Assembly (NCBI RefSeq): GCF_021869535.1
Contig: NW_026262581.1
Coordinates: 112,654,001 to 112,718,000 of the forward strand
DNA from: Mytilus californianus
Taxonomy: Eukaryota
DNA length: 64,000 nt
Reading direction: 5' to 3'
Under the pieces are notes generated by a model. The model was not told where the DNA came from, made no database searches, and saw nothing but the letters and a program-made list of their open reading frames with translations. Shown here in pieces: positions 46,001 through 59,569 of this stretch. The position numbers and the translations under genes were made by a program. The stretch's first letter is position 1. Each line of letters opens with the position of its first letter.

Positions 46001-49000
46001 AGATCAACTTTCTGCTGGTGGTAAAATCTTCTCTCTGAATTTAAATGCACTACAATAACACTACCATTGGTCTATAAAATAAAATGCATTAACAATATTG
46101 CAATATACTGTGGATTCATTTATTTTCGTGGGTTGATGAAAACTTGTATTTTCGTGGATATTTAATTTAATGGTTTTGTCAAAGTTTGCATACAATCTTA
46201 TGGGAAATTTGTAATTCGTTGAACCTTTAAATACGTGATTCACCTGTACCCTTGAAATCCACTAAAATTAGTATCCAACCAAAAATGATGAACCTACAAT
46301 AGTTTGGAAATTAAAAAAAACTTATAAATAGGAGTTTAAATTTTATAAAAACAAATTACATTAACTTTTTCATGTGTCTTTTTCCCTTTATCTCCCATTT
46401 CATCCAGTTATAATTGTAGTACTCATTAATAAAGAAGATCACAATCTTGTAGTACTGACATTTCTGTTAAAATTGCGGCCGTAAGAATGGGCTGGCTATA
46501 AAATTTGAAAAGTGACCTTTAAATGGAAAGAAGAATTCTGTACAAGAGTTTTGCTTTCTGTGCAAGTAATTTGTAAGATAACCAACGAAGCAAATGACAC
46601 ATATTGCATGTTCCCAAGTCTAGGATAAAACTATTTGATCGACACTTCAGATGATTGAGTCTTTATTAATTCAAACTGATTTTTAAAAAGTTTAATTGAC
46701 TGGCTGATCCATAACCATGACAACACAGCTTGCTTGAGACATTATTTTAAGAATAGTAACAAATCATGTTTTTTATGTATAGTACCAACATTTATATAAT
46801 TGAGAAGTACTACATGTTTTTTTTATTAGCTGTTATTTTCTTCGAACTAGCTGTCAGCAACTGTGAGTACGCTAAGTGTCTTTTTTGTTGTGGGAATGTA
46901 TAACTACCCTGCCACATCTGGTCTGTGTTTTTGTTATACATGTATGTTTTCTGCTTTGAATCAATCTGATGAGTTAAGCCTTTTTCAACTGATTTTTATA
47001 GCTTGTTCTTATGTTGTACTTTTACACCACTGTCCTAGGTTAGGGGAGGGTTTGGCATTTTCAGACACATTGAATTATCTACTAACCCGTAAATGCTTTT
47101 ACTAAACACTAAACACTTAAAATCATATAAGCAAATACATGGAATTTAAACAGATAGCACAACTACTATGTGCCATGTAAAATATATATCCACCCATTTT
47201 GCCACTTACTACAAATCACAGGGGCAGCCACAAATTGAATTTAAAAATGCAGACATGGATGTTATATGAATATAAAAACTTCTCATCAAAATCAAACTAA
47301 AACTAAAGTGGCATGCATATACATGTATGATAATAAATCACACATGATAGCTCACTTGATAGATCAGTCTTGATCTAAAATAGCACTAAATTAAGATATA
47401 CAGTTGCAGAGGTAAATCAATGTACCCTTGTCTCAACAGCTGGGTATAGCTTTGGTAATTGGTGTAAAAGAAATCTTGATAAATTGATAATTTATGTTGT
47501 GCAGCATTATACCTGTGTTGTATTTTCCTGAAGATGAATAACTTCACTCATTATATCTGTACAAGTGTCATCTTTACCAGAAACTGAAATAAATAATGAC
47601 AGATGAATAAATCTAACAGCATATCAGTCACAGGTTACATTTGTTATAGATTATTATATGGCATTTATCTATATATAAGCCTTAGACTTCCTTGCCAACC
47701 CTAAGCAGACATCGATACCTGCTCCTCCTGGGACAAAGGTTGATACAAGGTACACAATAGATGATTACATATAATATAACTATCTGCAAACAATCCAAGA
47801 TTTTTATGCCTCAGTTCTTATGATTATTGTTGTTTTTTTTAGTGTTGTTGTGTTGCTGTCCCATTGACATATATGGTATACCTCAAATCTACTTTTATTC
47901 AGATGATCAATTAACTTTTACTACTTGTAGATTCACTTGAAGCTTAAAATTTTCTCTGTTTGTCTTTGCTGGATTTTGTCAGTACCATATCTGCTTGGAC
48001 CCAATTTCATTAAATTTCTGTTATTTCTAATACACACAATATGAGAAAAATCCTGGTATTTCATTGTTCACATCTAAATTAAAAGTGTATTTACAAAAGA
48101 TTAAACATTAACTAAACTCAAAGATGGAAAAAATATCTTTATTATATTCCGATATTAAATCTAAAATTATACCTGACGGAGTCATAACCTTTAAACTTTT
48201 CTCATATCTTCCTTTCCCTATTCCTAGGTTTAACTCCTTTATACATAAATCAAAATCAACAGAAATGTCATCATTCTCTGGACCATCAGATAAAACTCTC
48301 TTTTCTTCATTCCATCCTAAGCATCTACAAATGGAAGTATAACTGGATCTTGTTTCACTTTGATCAGACAATGAGTCACATGGCACAATTTCACTATCAA
48401 TTTGACCAGTCAGAGACTTACTTTCACTTTTGGTTTCTGGTGATTTACTGTTTTTAACTATTTCTTTATGTATCAGATAACGATTATTTTGAAAATGGTA
48501 TTTTTTTAAGACATCTGAAAATCTTCTTTCTGTAGATGGTTTGTCTGTAAACACTTTTTCTGTTTCTAGTCCAACATTCTCAAATATCATTTTTCTGTCT
48601 CCAGACACTAACTGAGGTATGAATGATACTTGATATCTGAAAAATAAAAGTAATTAAAAACTAAATATTAATCAATGACCAAATCAATTTGATAACTATA
48701 AGATAAGAAATGAGTGCATACATGTACAACTTTTGTTTTCAAAGGTCAAAAAGTATAAATCAAACCAGTATGGTTCAAAAGATTAACAGTTACAATGTTA
48801 ATTACCAGTATGGTTCAAAAGATTAACAGTTACAATGTTGATTACCAGTATGGTTCAAAAGATTAACAGTTACAATGTTAATTAACAGATAAATAAAAGC
48901 CCAAGGTTCCTAGGAGCCTGAATAGCTCATCTGAGTGCATTCAATTGAAATCAAGGCAAATAAATAGATGTACCAGTTAGTTTTTCTACAGTGTCAAAAT

Positions 49001-52000
49001 CACATTACGGATTTACCTAGAAATCTGAATGTAAAAAATTTATTTACAAAATCATCCAAACCCCCACTTCCCCAAAATAAAAAAGCACTCCTCTAGGCTG
49101 CCAACACAATAATTACAAGCGAAGAAATGATTTGAAAATATTATTTAAAAAAAAATATAAGGAGATGAGGTATGATTGCCAATGAGACAACTATCCACCA
49201 AAGTTCAAATAAAGTGGATGCAAGCTTGCAATTATAGACAACCGTACGGCCTTCAACAATGAGAACAACCCATACCGTACAGTCGGCTATATAACGCCCG
49301 ACATGAAAAATATGACACAATTCAATTGAGAAAACTAACGGCCTAATTTATAACAAAACAATTCACGAAAAACAAATATGACAGACATGAATCAATAACA
49401 ACCACTGAACTACAGGTTTTTGATTTGTTTATCATTTTTTCTGTATACAGTATCTTTCTATCCATTATTGTTCTCAAGATAATATCAAAACCAGTACAAT
49501 TTAAGAAAAAAACAACACAATTGCACAATAAAGTCAATAATTCCTATAAGGATTCAATTGATGATTTCAGTCATAATGTTTTTTGTGGATCTTGTTTTCA
49601 CTATTGCTGATCATTCTTCCTCCATGCATTTACAGTAAACATATATATTTGTCTATCTTTGATTGTTTTCAAGATAAAAACCTAAAATTTTAACTCTTGT
49701 CCTATTAGTAGTGCTTATGGGTGTAACCATTTCAGCATTGTTGTAGCATAAGTTACATATCAATAATTCAAGGGCAATAACTCCTGTAAGTTGTCATTTG
49801 ACGGTTCTAGTCATTTTTCATTTTATGTTTATTGAACACGGATATTGCAGATCTTTATTGTTATTTAAGTGTCTGTTTATCTATTATACATTTAAATTTG
49901 GGTAAAAGTTCATCAGTTAAAGGTAACAACTCCTATAGAGAGTTAATAGGTGGTTTGAGTGAAATTGGCATTTTTGTAATCTATCTTGTATAAAATATCT
50001 GTATTTCTTTTATAGATTTTCAAGATAATAGTCAAAAATGCAAAACATGGGTAAAATAGTCTTTTTAGGTGGTTTTGGTCAATTGAAAATAATTTCTGTA
50101 TCAGAAAATCTGTCAAATTATTAAAACTATTTCAACTTGAATACTAATCAATAAGTTCAAGCATCATACATGTATGTAACCATTAAAATCTATTCTAAAT
50201 CAGCAAAAGTCGTTTTCCTACATGTATGGTAAGTAAATCACTTTATAACACCAAATTTTTAATTTATAAATGCTACATGTACTCTACTTGTTTGGACTTC
50301 ATCTCTTTGCTTAAACTGAAAATGCAATTGTTTAAAATTGATAGTAAAAACTCATTTGCCAGGAAAGTCTTTTATATTAATTTCACAACTCCTGTAATAA
50401 CCTGTGATATTTAATATTATTTGGTTTTGCTCCATACCTGGGTTATAAATGAATAAAAGTTTTGTAAAATATTGACATCATTTGACATCTGAAGTATTCC
50501 TTGTTATTTATAACTAATATTGCTGATATTTGCCTACTGACAACAAATTATAAAATATGGTAAATTATAGATCAAACTTAAAATATATATGTGTCCCAAA
50601 GAAGAGTTAACTTCAAAGATGTTAACAAAGAATGGTTGTGAAATGTGAAGTTATGTGTGAAGAAAACAACACTTTAAAATATCATTATGTGATTAGAAAA
50701 AACACCAGGATAAAAATTACAAGTCAATTAATATGTTCACTCTATTAATAATAAACATCTTACCCACTGCAAAACAGTAAGTGACTAACATGTTGTAACA
50801 GTATTGCACATCTTAAATCATCTATTGTCTGTTTTTCATTAACTTGTAACCCAACATTTAATAAAACTTGTCTTTTATCATCACTTTCAGATCTTCTTGA
50901 CAAGAAATCACTATTCAATACTGCTGATAAAACATTTCTGTACAGTGTCTCTCGGTGATAATGGAATGCCAGAAAGCAATAGGTAGGGGAGGTCACTTTC
51001 GATACCTTCCATTTTTGTTCAGATAGTATCTGAAGAAGTTCATCTTTTATTGCCTGTTTTTCCTGAAAAAATAATGAAAATTATGGCATCAATACAAAGG
51101 TAAAGGGCATTCCACAAAAAAGTCTATTCAAATACACATAAAATTCATTCATATATCAAATAGCTGATTTAGCTATCAGATGAGAAGCACATGGTTATTA
51201 ACCTACAATTACTGTGGATTCATTATGTATTCGTTGGATACCAATTTATGTGGATTTCGTGGATAATGGTAAACCACAATTAAATGTTCAACGAAGTACA
51301 AATTTACTATAGGTTTGTATGCTGATTTTGCCAAAACCACAAAATCAAATATCTATGAAACTACAACTTTTCTTTATTCCACAAAAATTAATATTGGTAT
51401 CCATTAAAAAATAAATGAATCCATACTTTGCCCTTTTTTGCAGTATATTTTTAGTAGAAGAAATATTACATGTTATATTTGTGCAAAAAGAACCCTTGAA
51501 TCAACAACAGTTATTTTTCATGTTTTTGGGTTTATGAAATTTTGCATTATCAAATAAACCTAAAAAATTGCCTGAGAGTTTTTAAAGCTCACCTACTAGT
51601 CCATTAAGAACAGAAATGTACGTTATCTCTGTATTAATGACAGTGGTTCAGTGATTCCCTAAATTATCAACCCACAAATAATTTTTCCCACAAAATCCGC
51701 CTCTGAATGAATAAACAAGAGTGCACACGCTGAAATGTCTCACCTGCTTTACTTATCATGATTGAAGTTATGTTGACAGTCTCCTATATATGAAGGTTTT
51801 ACTACAAAAAATGAAAACAACACTTTCATGCGTCCGAAGTGCTTTTCTGGATTTACCTTCTTCTAACAGGAACGCTGAATGCCGAATATTTGAAAGCCAT
51901 GGATGTTTAAGAACTGAAGCAATTGTAGGTCTATATACAAGTATCATATACATTTTTTTTTGTACACTTAACATTATATCAATAATGCATAAACATGAGT

Positions 52001-55000
52001 TCAAGGTCAGATGAACCATGCAAGACATACATGTACACCTTATAATCAATCCATACACCAAATTTAATGGCCCTATTATTTACATGTTTAATATCTGTGA
52101 AACCACAAAAATTAATAAAATTTACAAGTTAATGCCATCCAGAACTAATAGGTAGATTTTCATCCAGATTGTTGAAAAATTAAGGGCGGGTTGGAGGATT
52201 TTATTTTTAATTTCCTCAGAAATCCTTTTGTAGTGTGTTCTTCATATGCAAGGGTAATAATAGCATATATCATGTATATACAAATGTATAAGGAATTCTA
52301 CATAATTTTTCAAATTCTTAAATAGACATTCTGATTTGCAACCACTGTTCTACATGAAACCTATTTTCAGTAAATAGAAAAAACATGGAGAATTGCTCTC
52401 TTTTAGACTACCTACATCAAATTTATTTTGCTTTCTAAGCTATGATTTATAGTGCCCATAAAATGAAGCATATGCATTGGTATGCAACACAAATATTATG
52501 AGTACAGAGTGAAATGAAAACTCAATCTGTGTTGAAAATACTAGGATTGATGCTTTAAAGATTCTTATGCAAGGTGCAAATATAATTACAATGTAAAACA
52601 TGAACTTAACTAAAAAAAATAAGTTGTTTAATGACTCTATTGAGTGGCTGAGGACAGATGGTGTTTGCTATATGTCAACAAAAAAAGACAGCCTTGGGGT
52701 AAATCTAAGGCTTTCATGTCGATCCAGCCCCCAAGTCGATCCTGCCCAAGAAGATTTGGCCCGCATTTAAAGACGATCTGGCCCCAATTTAAAAAATATT
52801 TAACAAAGAATAAAAATGATATATTTCTAACATGTAGTTCATAAATATTAATGAATTGTATGAACAATAACAAATATTGGGTATGTAAAATTATGATGAA
52901 ATAATTGGGGAATGTGTCCATGGGACACATATGATGCCCCCGCTTGCATATGTTATAAAGGGACATAACTCAAGAATGGGAAAAGTGACAATACCAAAAT
53001 TCATACTTGATCTGAGTTTTGTGGTAATAAGCATTTTGTATAAGTTTCATAACATTTGGTTGAGGCAAACTTAAGTAAGATAACGGAAATGAAAAAATTC
53101 AACAATTTTTCCATTTGTAAAGGGGCATAACTCTAGAACAGTAAAAGTGACGCCACCCAAATTCAAACTTGATCTGTGTTTTGTGGTAATAAGCATTGTG
53201 TATAATATTCATAACATTTGTTTGAGGCAAACTTAAGTAAGAGAACGGAAACAAAAAATTCAGCAATTTTTCCATTTGTAAAGGGGTATAACTCTAGAAA
53301 GGTGAAAGTGAAGCCACCCAAATTCAAACTTGATCTGTGATTTGTGGTAATAAGCATTGTGTATAACTTTCAAAATATTTGGTTGAGGCAAACTAAAGTT
53401 AGAGAATGGAAACCAATTTCGGGTAAAACTTAGTGCCCCCTCTGCTACAGTGGGGGCATAAAAACATATATTACAGAAGTAAGTGCAATCATTAGTCGAC
53501 ATTAATCTGCAATTTTTCTTATGACTTTGATTTGAATAATCTTTTCAACTGGTGTAATAACAATTGGTTAATAAATACAAGCTGATCCCCAAGCTAATGC
53601 ACAAAAACTTTTTCTTTAAAAGTCAAAACCAAATTACACGGTTTTCTTATAATTAACATTTGTGACATACCTTGACACCGCCTATTACTCGTAACCCAAA
53701 TATATTATGCCCTTCCAGTAATCAATCTCTTTTCTTGGAAGATAGTGCTGTCTTAATAGACATGATAAAGCAACAGAATATCGACTTGTGGTATTTTGGT
53801 TAAATTACTTGAGAATGTGAAAACTGAAATTTGCAACGGGCAGATTTGAATGAAACTAAATTATTAGCATGTTTCCAGTAACGGAAATGAACAAAATCAT
53901 ATATAAAATCATAAACGTTTAATCAAAGCTCTGTAAGCGCTATAGGCAGTTAACCAAAAACCAAGGCAAACGTAATTATGAAAACTGGCAGTGTTGCTTC
54001 ATTTTTTTAAAAAGATTTTAAAGAACAAACATTAAACATTCGTATATTGTACATGTATGTTTATTTAATGAACTGATTATTAAGGCAAATTAATTAATAT
54101 TTTATCAAGGTTTTCAAAAGCAATGCATATATCAATGTATATTTTTAATGATGAGTTTGCAGTGGTACAAGTTCGCAATGATTGCAGTTGTTCTAGTTGG
54201 TAGTTAACGTTGGTACCAGTTGACTTTTAGTGGTACAAGGTGATGTAGTACGAGTTTGTAATAGTATGAATGGACTTGCTTCCCTGGCGTTTGGGTTCTA
54301 CAGTACAAAAGTTATGAGACACAAATCAGCCAAGGGTTTACTACTAAAGGGATCAAAGGTGAGGTCTGATTGACCTGTCCATAGTAAATGTAAATGATCC
54401 TTACCTTCACCAAGTCCATGATGTCACTCCATCCCAAGTTTGGAGTAAAATGACAGGTGATTATAAAACAGTTGGTCAAACATTCTTGGGCTTTACACTG
54501 CTTTGTAAGTTTTATATGTTTTCTTTAAAATGAGCCATAAATGAAAATTTTTATAGATATAGGAAGATGTGGTATGAGTGCCAATGAGACAACTTTCCAT
54601 CCATCCATAGGCCCAGAAATAATTCAAAAAATAAGTAAAGTAAAATTCAATTAACCTAGACTTATTTTGGCATCAATTAAATTTTATAATAAACAAGAAA
54701 TAATTGTAACAGGATGCTGTTACGAAGTCTTCCAAACAGAGCTCCCATAATTCGTCATTCCCATGGTCGCCTGACATTGGGCAAAGTCCAGTACAAATTG
54801 GTTAGGTCTAGTAAAGTGATGTGCATATGTGATCCCTAGGGGATTGACCCTGCATGTCATTCAAATCTTCTTGAAATGACAAACAGGAATAAATATGGTT
54901 TAGGGTTGGGTATCTCAATGTTTACAAGTTCTCAAAAAGGGGGGGGGGGAGTGATCCCCAGGGCACTTACCCTTTATTTCATTTGATTTAGTTTATTGTC

Positions 55001-58000
55001 CCGTACAAGAATACATATGGTTTCGGGGTTGGGATCTCAACCGTTTATAAGTTTTAAAAAATAAGGGGGGTGGGGGTGACCCCCGTGGACTCCCCCTATA
55101 TTTCATTTGATTTGTTTTATTGTCCCATAAATGAATATATATGGTTTAGGGGTGGGGATCTCAACCGTTTACAAGTTTTCAAAAATAAGGGGGATGGGGG
55201 TGACCCCAGGGACTCCCCTATATTTCATTTGATTTGTTATCTTGTCCCAAACAAGAATATATATGGTTTCGGGGTGGGGATCTCAACCGTTTACAAGTTT
55301 TCAAAAATAAGGGGGGTGGGGGTGACCCCCGTGGACTCCCCCTATATTTCATTTGATTTGTTTTATTGTCCCATATATGAATATATATGATTTACGGGTG
55401 GGGATCTCGACCGTTTACAAGTTTTCAAAAATAAGGGGGATAGGGATTTCGACCGTTTACAAGTTTTCAAAAAGAAGGGGGTGGGGGTGACCCCTGTGGA
55501 CTCCCCTATCTTTCATTTGATTTGTTTTACTGTTCCATACAAGAATATATATGCAGTAGGGGTGGGGATTTTGACCGTTTACAAGTTTCACAAACAGAAG
55601 GGGATGGGGTGACGCTGGGGATTCCCCCAAATTTTCATTTGATTTGTTTTATTGTCCCATACAAGTATGTATATGGTTTAGGGGTGGGGATCGCGACCGT
55701 TTACAAGATAAAAGCACATTTTCAAATTCAAGGGGTGGGATGACCCCCCAGGGACTCACCCTATATTTTATTTGATTTGTTCTATTGTCCTGTTATTATT
55801 ACTGAACACCGTGTGTGTCGATCACTTACTGTTTTCAAGTAATAGTCATTTGAAAATTGAAAAAAAAAAAAAATCCCATAGGGTTCTATAGTAAACCCCT
55901 CCCTTCTTTAGGACCCTCAGAATACCCCTAAGTAGACCCCCAAGGCACAAAAACCAAAGATTGATGGCTCCGCTAGACATGTTAGTCTAACATTTAATGA
56001 AACCCTAAGTAAATCTGACAAGCGGTCCGAGTTGTCTTCTTAGATAGTCCAAGTGGACTCGGTCCGACTTGTCTCGGGGACGAGTTGTCCACATTTCTTA
56101 AAACATCCCATCTTTGTCATTCATAAAACAACAACAACTTAATTTGGCAAGTTCAGTGATGAATGGAATAATTTAATAAAAGAAAGGAATTTAAATGTGC
56201 ATACATTTAATTGAAATTAATTGATTAATCACAATCTTCTTAAACGAAAAGATCTTCTTAAACGAAAAGAAGATCATGATAAACAAAACTTACTTTATAA
56301 CATCAGAATACTTACTAGCTTACGTTTCGTGTAAGTTATTAGTTAAAATTACAGCCAACTTATACTATGTATAACTTTATGTCCTTTATCATAGAGATTT
56401 GGTGTACATGAACAATATTCCTGTGCTGTTTGCCATTTGGGAAATGTAAACGACTTGTAATTAGAAATGATGGCGATGAAATATTTCATACAATTGTTCT
56501 TTGACATCTTAGCCAAAAGCACATGGGATAATAAACTACGTACGGATTTCTATTAAGCACTACTTCCTATGTGCAACTTCAAAAATTTTGGGTGGTTCAA
56601 CGATCATATAAGGTTTTACTGGTCATATTTTTTGTATTCCAGAATTGAAAGTATGAAAAAAGTGCCCAATTAGTTATTAATAACATATTAGCCAGCTAGA
56701 TAATAACAATAGCACTTTTTACACCATTCAGTGGGAAGAACACAAATCTAGGGTGGTAGCATATGACAGCTTAACTGCCTAAAAATCAAGGCAGGACCAT
56801 TTTAAAGGGGCAGGGATGGAAATGTATCAATTAATTTTAATTGGCCTTACCATGACAATTAGTTTAGGGTCATAGGAACCCTGCCAGACAGAAGTGTACA
56901 CCTTACAATCATTCCATTCACCAAATATAGATCTACTGCTCATTGTATCTGATAAACTGAAAAAAACACAAATACTTGAAATTGACCAATGAACCATGAA
57001 AATGAGGTCAACGTCATTTGAGCCCTGTGAGACAGATATATACTTTCAAAAATGCAATCATTCCATACACTAAATATAGATGACCTATTGCTCATAATTA
57101 CATTTGTAATATCAGATAAACTGACAAAACCTCAAAAACTTAATATTGACCAATGAACCATGAAAATGAGGTCAAGGCCATATATGCAACCTGCATGACA
57201 GACATGTACACCTTACATTCATTCAATAGACCGAATAAAATGGCCCTATTGCTTATAGTATCTGAGAAATAAATCTTAACAACAAATACTAAACTAAACT
57301 TGTCCAATGAAAAATGAAAAAGAGGTCAAGGTCATATGAAACCTGTGAGTCCAACATGTTTAATTTGCCTTACAATCATTCATACACCGAATATAATAGT
57401 TGACCTACATTATTGCTTATAGTATCCAAGATACTTAGTGAGAAATTCATGACCAAAGTTTGTGCCCAACAGTCGCTGAACTATGAAAATGAGGTCAAGG
57501 ACAATTAAACACAATGTATTACAGATTGAAACTTTGTAACATAAGGTATCTGCGTACAAGGTTTGAAGCATTCAGATCTTTTACCCACTAAAATATCAAG
57601 CTTTATAAAAATACAAAATACGGCATTGTTGCCACCGGAAATTTATATATTTCCTATATCTCGCATTATTTTCATTGCAGGAAGACAAAAATCAGTGTTG
57701 GTTTGTACAGATTGTTTTCTTCAAAACCGAACAAATTAAGAAGTAAACCAGCCACGGTCTGTAGGACATTTAGAGTTATGTTTAAAGACGGTCCGAGTTG
57801 TATTCATAGACAGTCCTAGTTATTTTACGGGTTGTCTTCGGTCGAGTTACCAGAAGAAGAGTTGTCTATTTTCCAGAACCGTACCTCTACTGAAACAGCT
57901 TTTACAAGACCTATTGGCATGGAAATGTCACCATCTCTCAGATCCCTGTTTCTTTTACAAAGTACAAGCCGTTGTACACACATATTATGTCTTTTCATAC

Positions 58001-58061
58001 ATGATTCAACTAATTTTTCAATAGTTTTGATACTTTGTTGAGTCCACGTGAAACAATCCAT
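40052..58061 (-). CDS. DALRD3: DALR anticodon-binding domain-containing protein 3, 13 exons, 611 aa
   Basis: Exons 58061-57885, 51062-50764, 48636-48173, 47583-47513, 46071-45961, 45549-45470, 45125-45067, 44672-44590, 43732-43603, 42890-42832, 42591-42478, 41069-41001, 40171-40052; all GT-AG, phases consistent, 1836 nt. Motifs FYHQQKVDLLW, SLKFEFL, GAFVMYNCARLATLF, LDFSTLREEDEWELLYNYI, LSSYYSRTHVLGE and MYARLYLL...ALSLLGITPL match human DALRD3 as recalled. Confidence 0.95.
48764..48886. repeat. 40-bp tandem repeat, 3 copies
   Basis: ACCAGTATGGTTCAAAAGATTAACAGTTACAATGTTAATT at 48764, 48804 and 48844. Confidence 0.95.
49155..49415 (+). repeat. Interspersed repeat family (GTATGATTGCCAATGAGACAACT), with related copies at about 30935-31190 (reverse), 40530-40600 (reverse) and 54560-54600
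   Basis: The motif GGAGATG(T/A)GGTATGATTGCCAATGAGACAACT recurs in both orientations. Confidence 0.7.
52903..53464. mobile_element. HINE-like element with about 3 units of 161 bp
   Basis: ATGCCCCC / GGGGGCAT inverted motifs; terminal hairpin TGCCCCC-TCTGCTACAGT-GGGGGCA; AAGGG.CATAACTC at 52958, 53120 and 53281. Confidence 0.78.
54708..56030 (-). mobile_element. HINE-like element with about 6.5 units of 122-124 bp
   Basis: TTTCATTTGATTT at 54977, 55101, 55223, 55347, 55511 and 55633; termini homologous to 36608-37080. Confidence 0.7.
56830..57692. mobile_element. Degenerate HINE-like element with units of about 160 bp
   Basis: AATGAGGTCAA at about 57001, 57165, 57320 and 57488 (reverse of the 21264 array motif); decayed terminal hairpin ending GAAGACAAAA. 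Confidence 0.6.
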
Positions 58062-58269
58062 GTTTGTTTACATCGAGTCAGTATCATTCGTGCGTTTTGA
58101 ATATTTAGGCCGTACTAGATTTGTCTACCGCGGGTAATCCAATCACACTATGTACAAACGTTACATTTACCGAGCGGTTGATTGTTGTTGGGATAGTTGT
58201 TTTTGACATCAGATGATTTAGAAGAAATAGTTTATCTCTTTTACATATTCCCCATTTCCATTCTCAATT

Positions 58270-58350
58270 TTATCAACAAGTTGTAGGTATTCCTATGGGC
58301 ACCAATTGCCCCCCCTTTACTATCAGACTTGTTCCTGTACTGTAACAGTA
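58270..58350 (+). pseudogene. Penelope-like RT motif fragment
   Basis: QQVVGIPMGTNC...DLFLY corresponds to the GIPMGTNCAPLLADLFLY RT motif. Confidence 0.6.
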
Positions 58351-58397
58351 TGTTATAAATCAAGTTTATGGCAACAGTCAATAGAGATCCCTAAATT

Positions 58398-58865
58398 ACA
58401 TTTCCCATTCCCATTCCATTCCATTCCATTCCATTCCATTCCATTCCATTCCATTCCATTCCATTTCCCATTCCATTCCATTCCATTCCAATTCCATTCA
58501 ATTCTATTTCCCATTCCATTCCATTCCCATTTCCATCCCATTGCCATTCCATTCCTTATTCCATTTTATATTCCATTCTCCATTCCATATTCCATTTCAT
58601 TCAATCCTTCATTCTACATTCCATTCTATAACATTCCATTCCCATTTCAATTCCTAATCCCATATCCATTCCCATTCTTCATTCCATATTCCATTCTTCA
58701 TTCCATATTCCATTCTTCATTCCATATTCCATTCTTCATTCCATAATCCATTCTCCATTCCATATTCCATTGCATTCAATTCTACAATCCACATCCCTTT
58801 CTATTGCATTGAATTTCATTGAATTCTATTCCATTCCATTTTTCGTTCCATATTCCATTCCATTT
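58398..58865. repeat. (ATTCC)n microsatellite, perfect at the left and degenerate at the right
   Basis: Direct reading of the sequence. Confidence 0.97.
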
Positions 58866-59569
58866 TCAACCAAACAACATTCAATCAAGCACCTAAGGAG
58901 TGTTTCTATAAGCGGCCGGTTAAAATTTGTCCCCGACCAGAATCCATGTAAGATTAGTCAAGCTCAATCTTTATGAAGCATTTATCTGACCTCGATCAGC
59001 CTGAAAAAATTAGAAAGGGACATAACTCATCACTCTTGAATCGGAGGCGGGAATGAGAAAAAAGAAATATATTCGTAGTTTGAAATGACATTGTATCCCC
59101 TTACATGTTCAGAAAAATAGTAAATATTCTTTCCTTAATATATGAAAATTTAGGCTTTTGTTTACACGAATGAAAACAGTTTTTTTCTGATCCGAAAAAC
59201 AACCTCTTCAAGTTGTGTCGTTGTGAAAGTAGTATTACACATCCATGTAACAAGGTACCAAGTTTGCTTATGTACTGATTTCGTTCAGAATATTTGGTTT
59301 TCCCAAGAACTGATAAAACCAAGGGTACATGTATACTCAGTACAATCTAAACACTACTGCCTAGAAAAATGAACAGGGTTCAGGAAATCTACAAATATAG
59401 CTTTATTGAGCAACTGGATAGTGGGTTATTTTGCCCTGGTTCCTGTTCGCATTAGGTCTGGTTCAGTTTGCCCTGTACTGAAATAATTGTATATTGATAA
59501 TGTTAAAAAAATAAATCCCATTTATTCCATAATATGAATTGTTCGTCTAAATTAACTCGAATTATAGTT

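Noticed and set aside
55070-55743. G-rich ORFs / G-quadruplex gene-like region
   Set aside because: Explained by the 122-124-bp tandem units; G-runs are present but no independent evidence of function.
51063-57884. miR-191/miR-425 cluster in DALRD3 intron 1, as in mammals
   Set aside because: I did not spot the mature sequences and the intron is largely filled by repeats; a miRBase/MirGeneDB search would be needed to exclude it formally.
58306-58746. 146-aa Phe/His/Pro-rich ORF and antisense MEWNG ORF
   Set aside because: Translations of the (ATTCC)n microsatellite.
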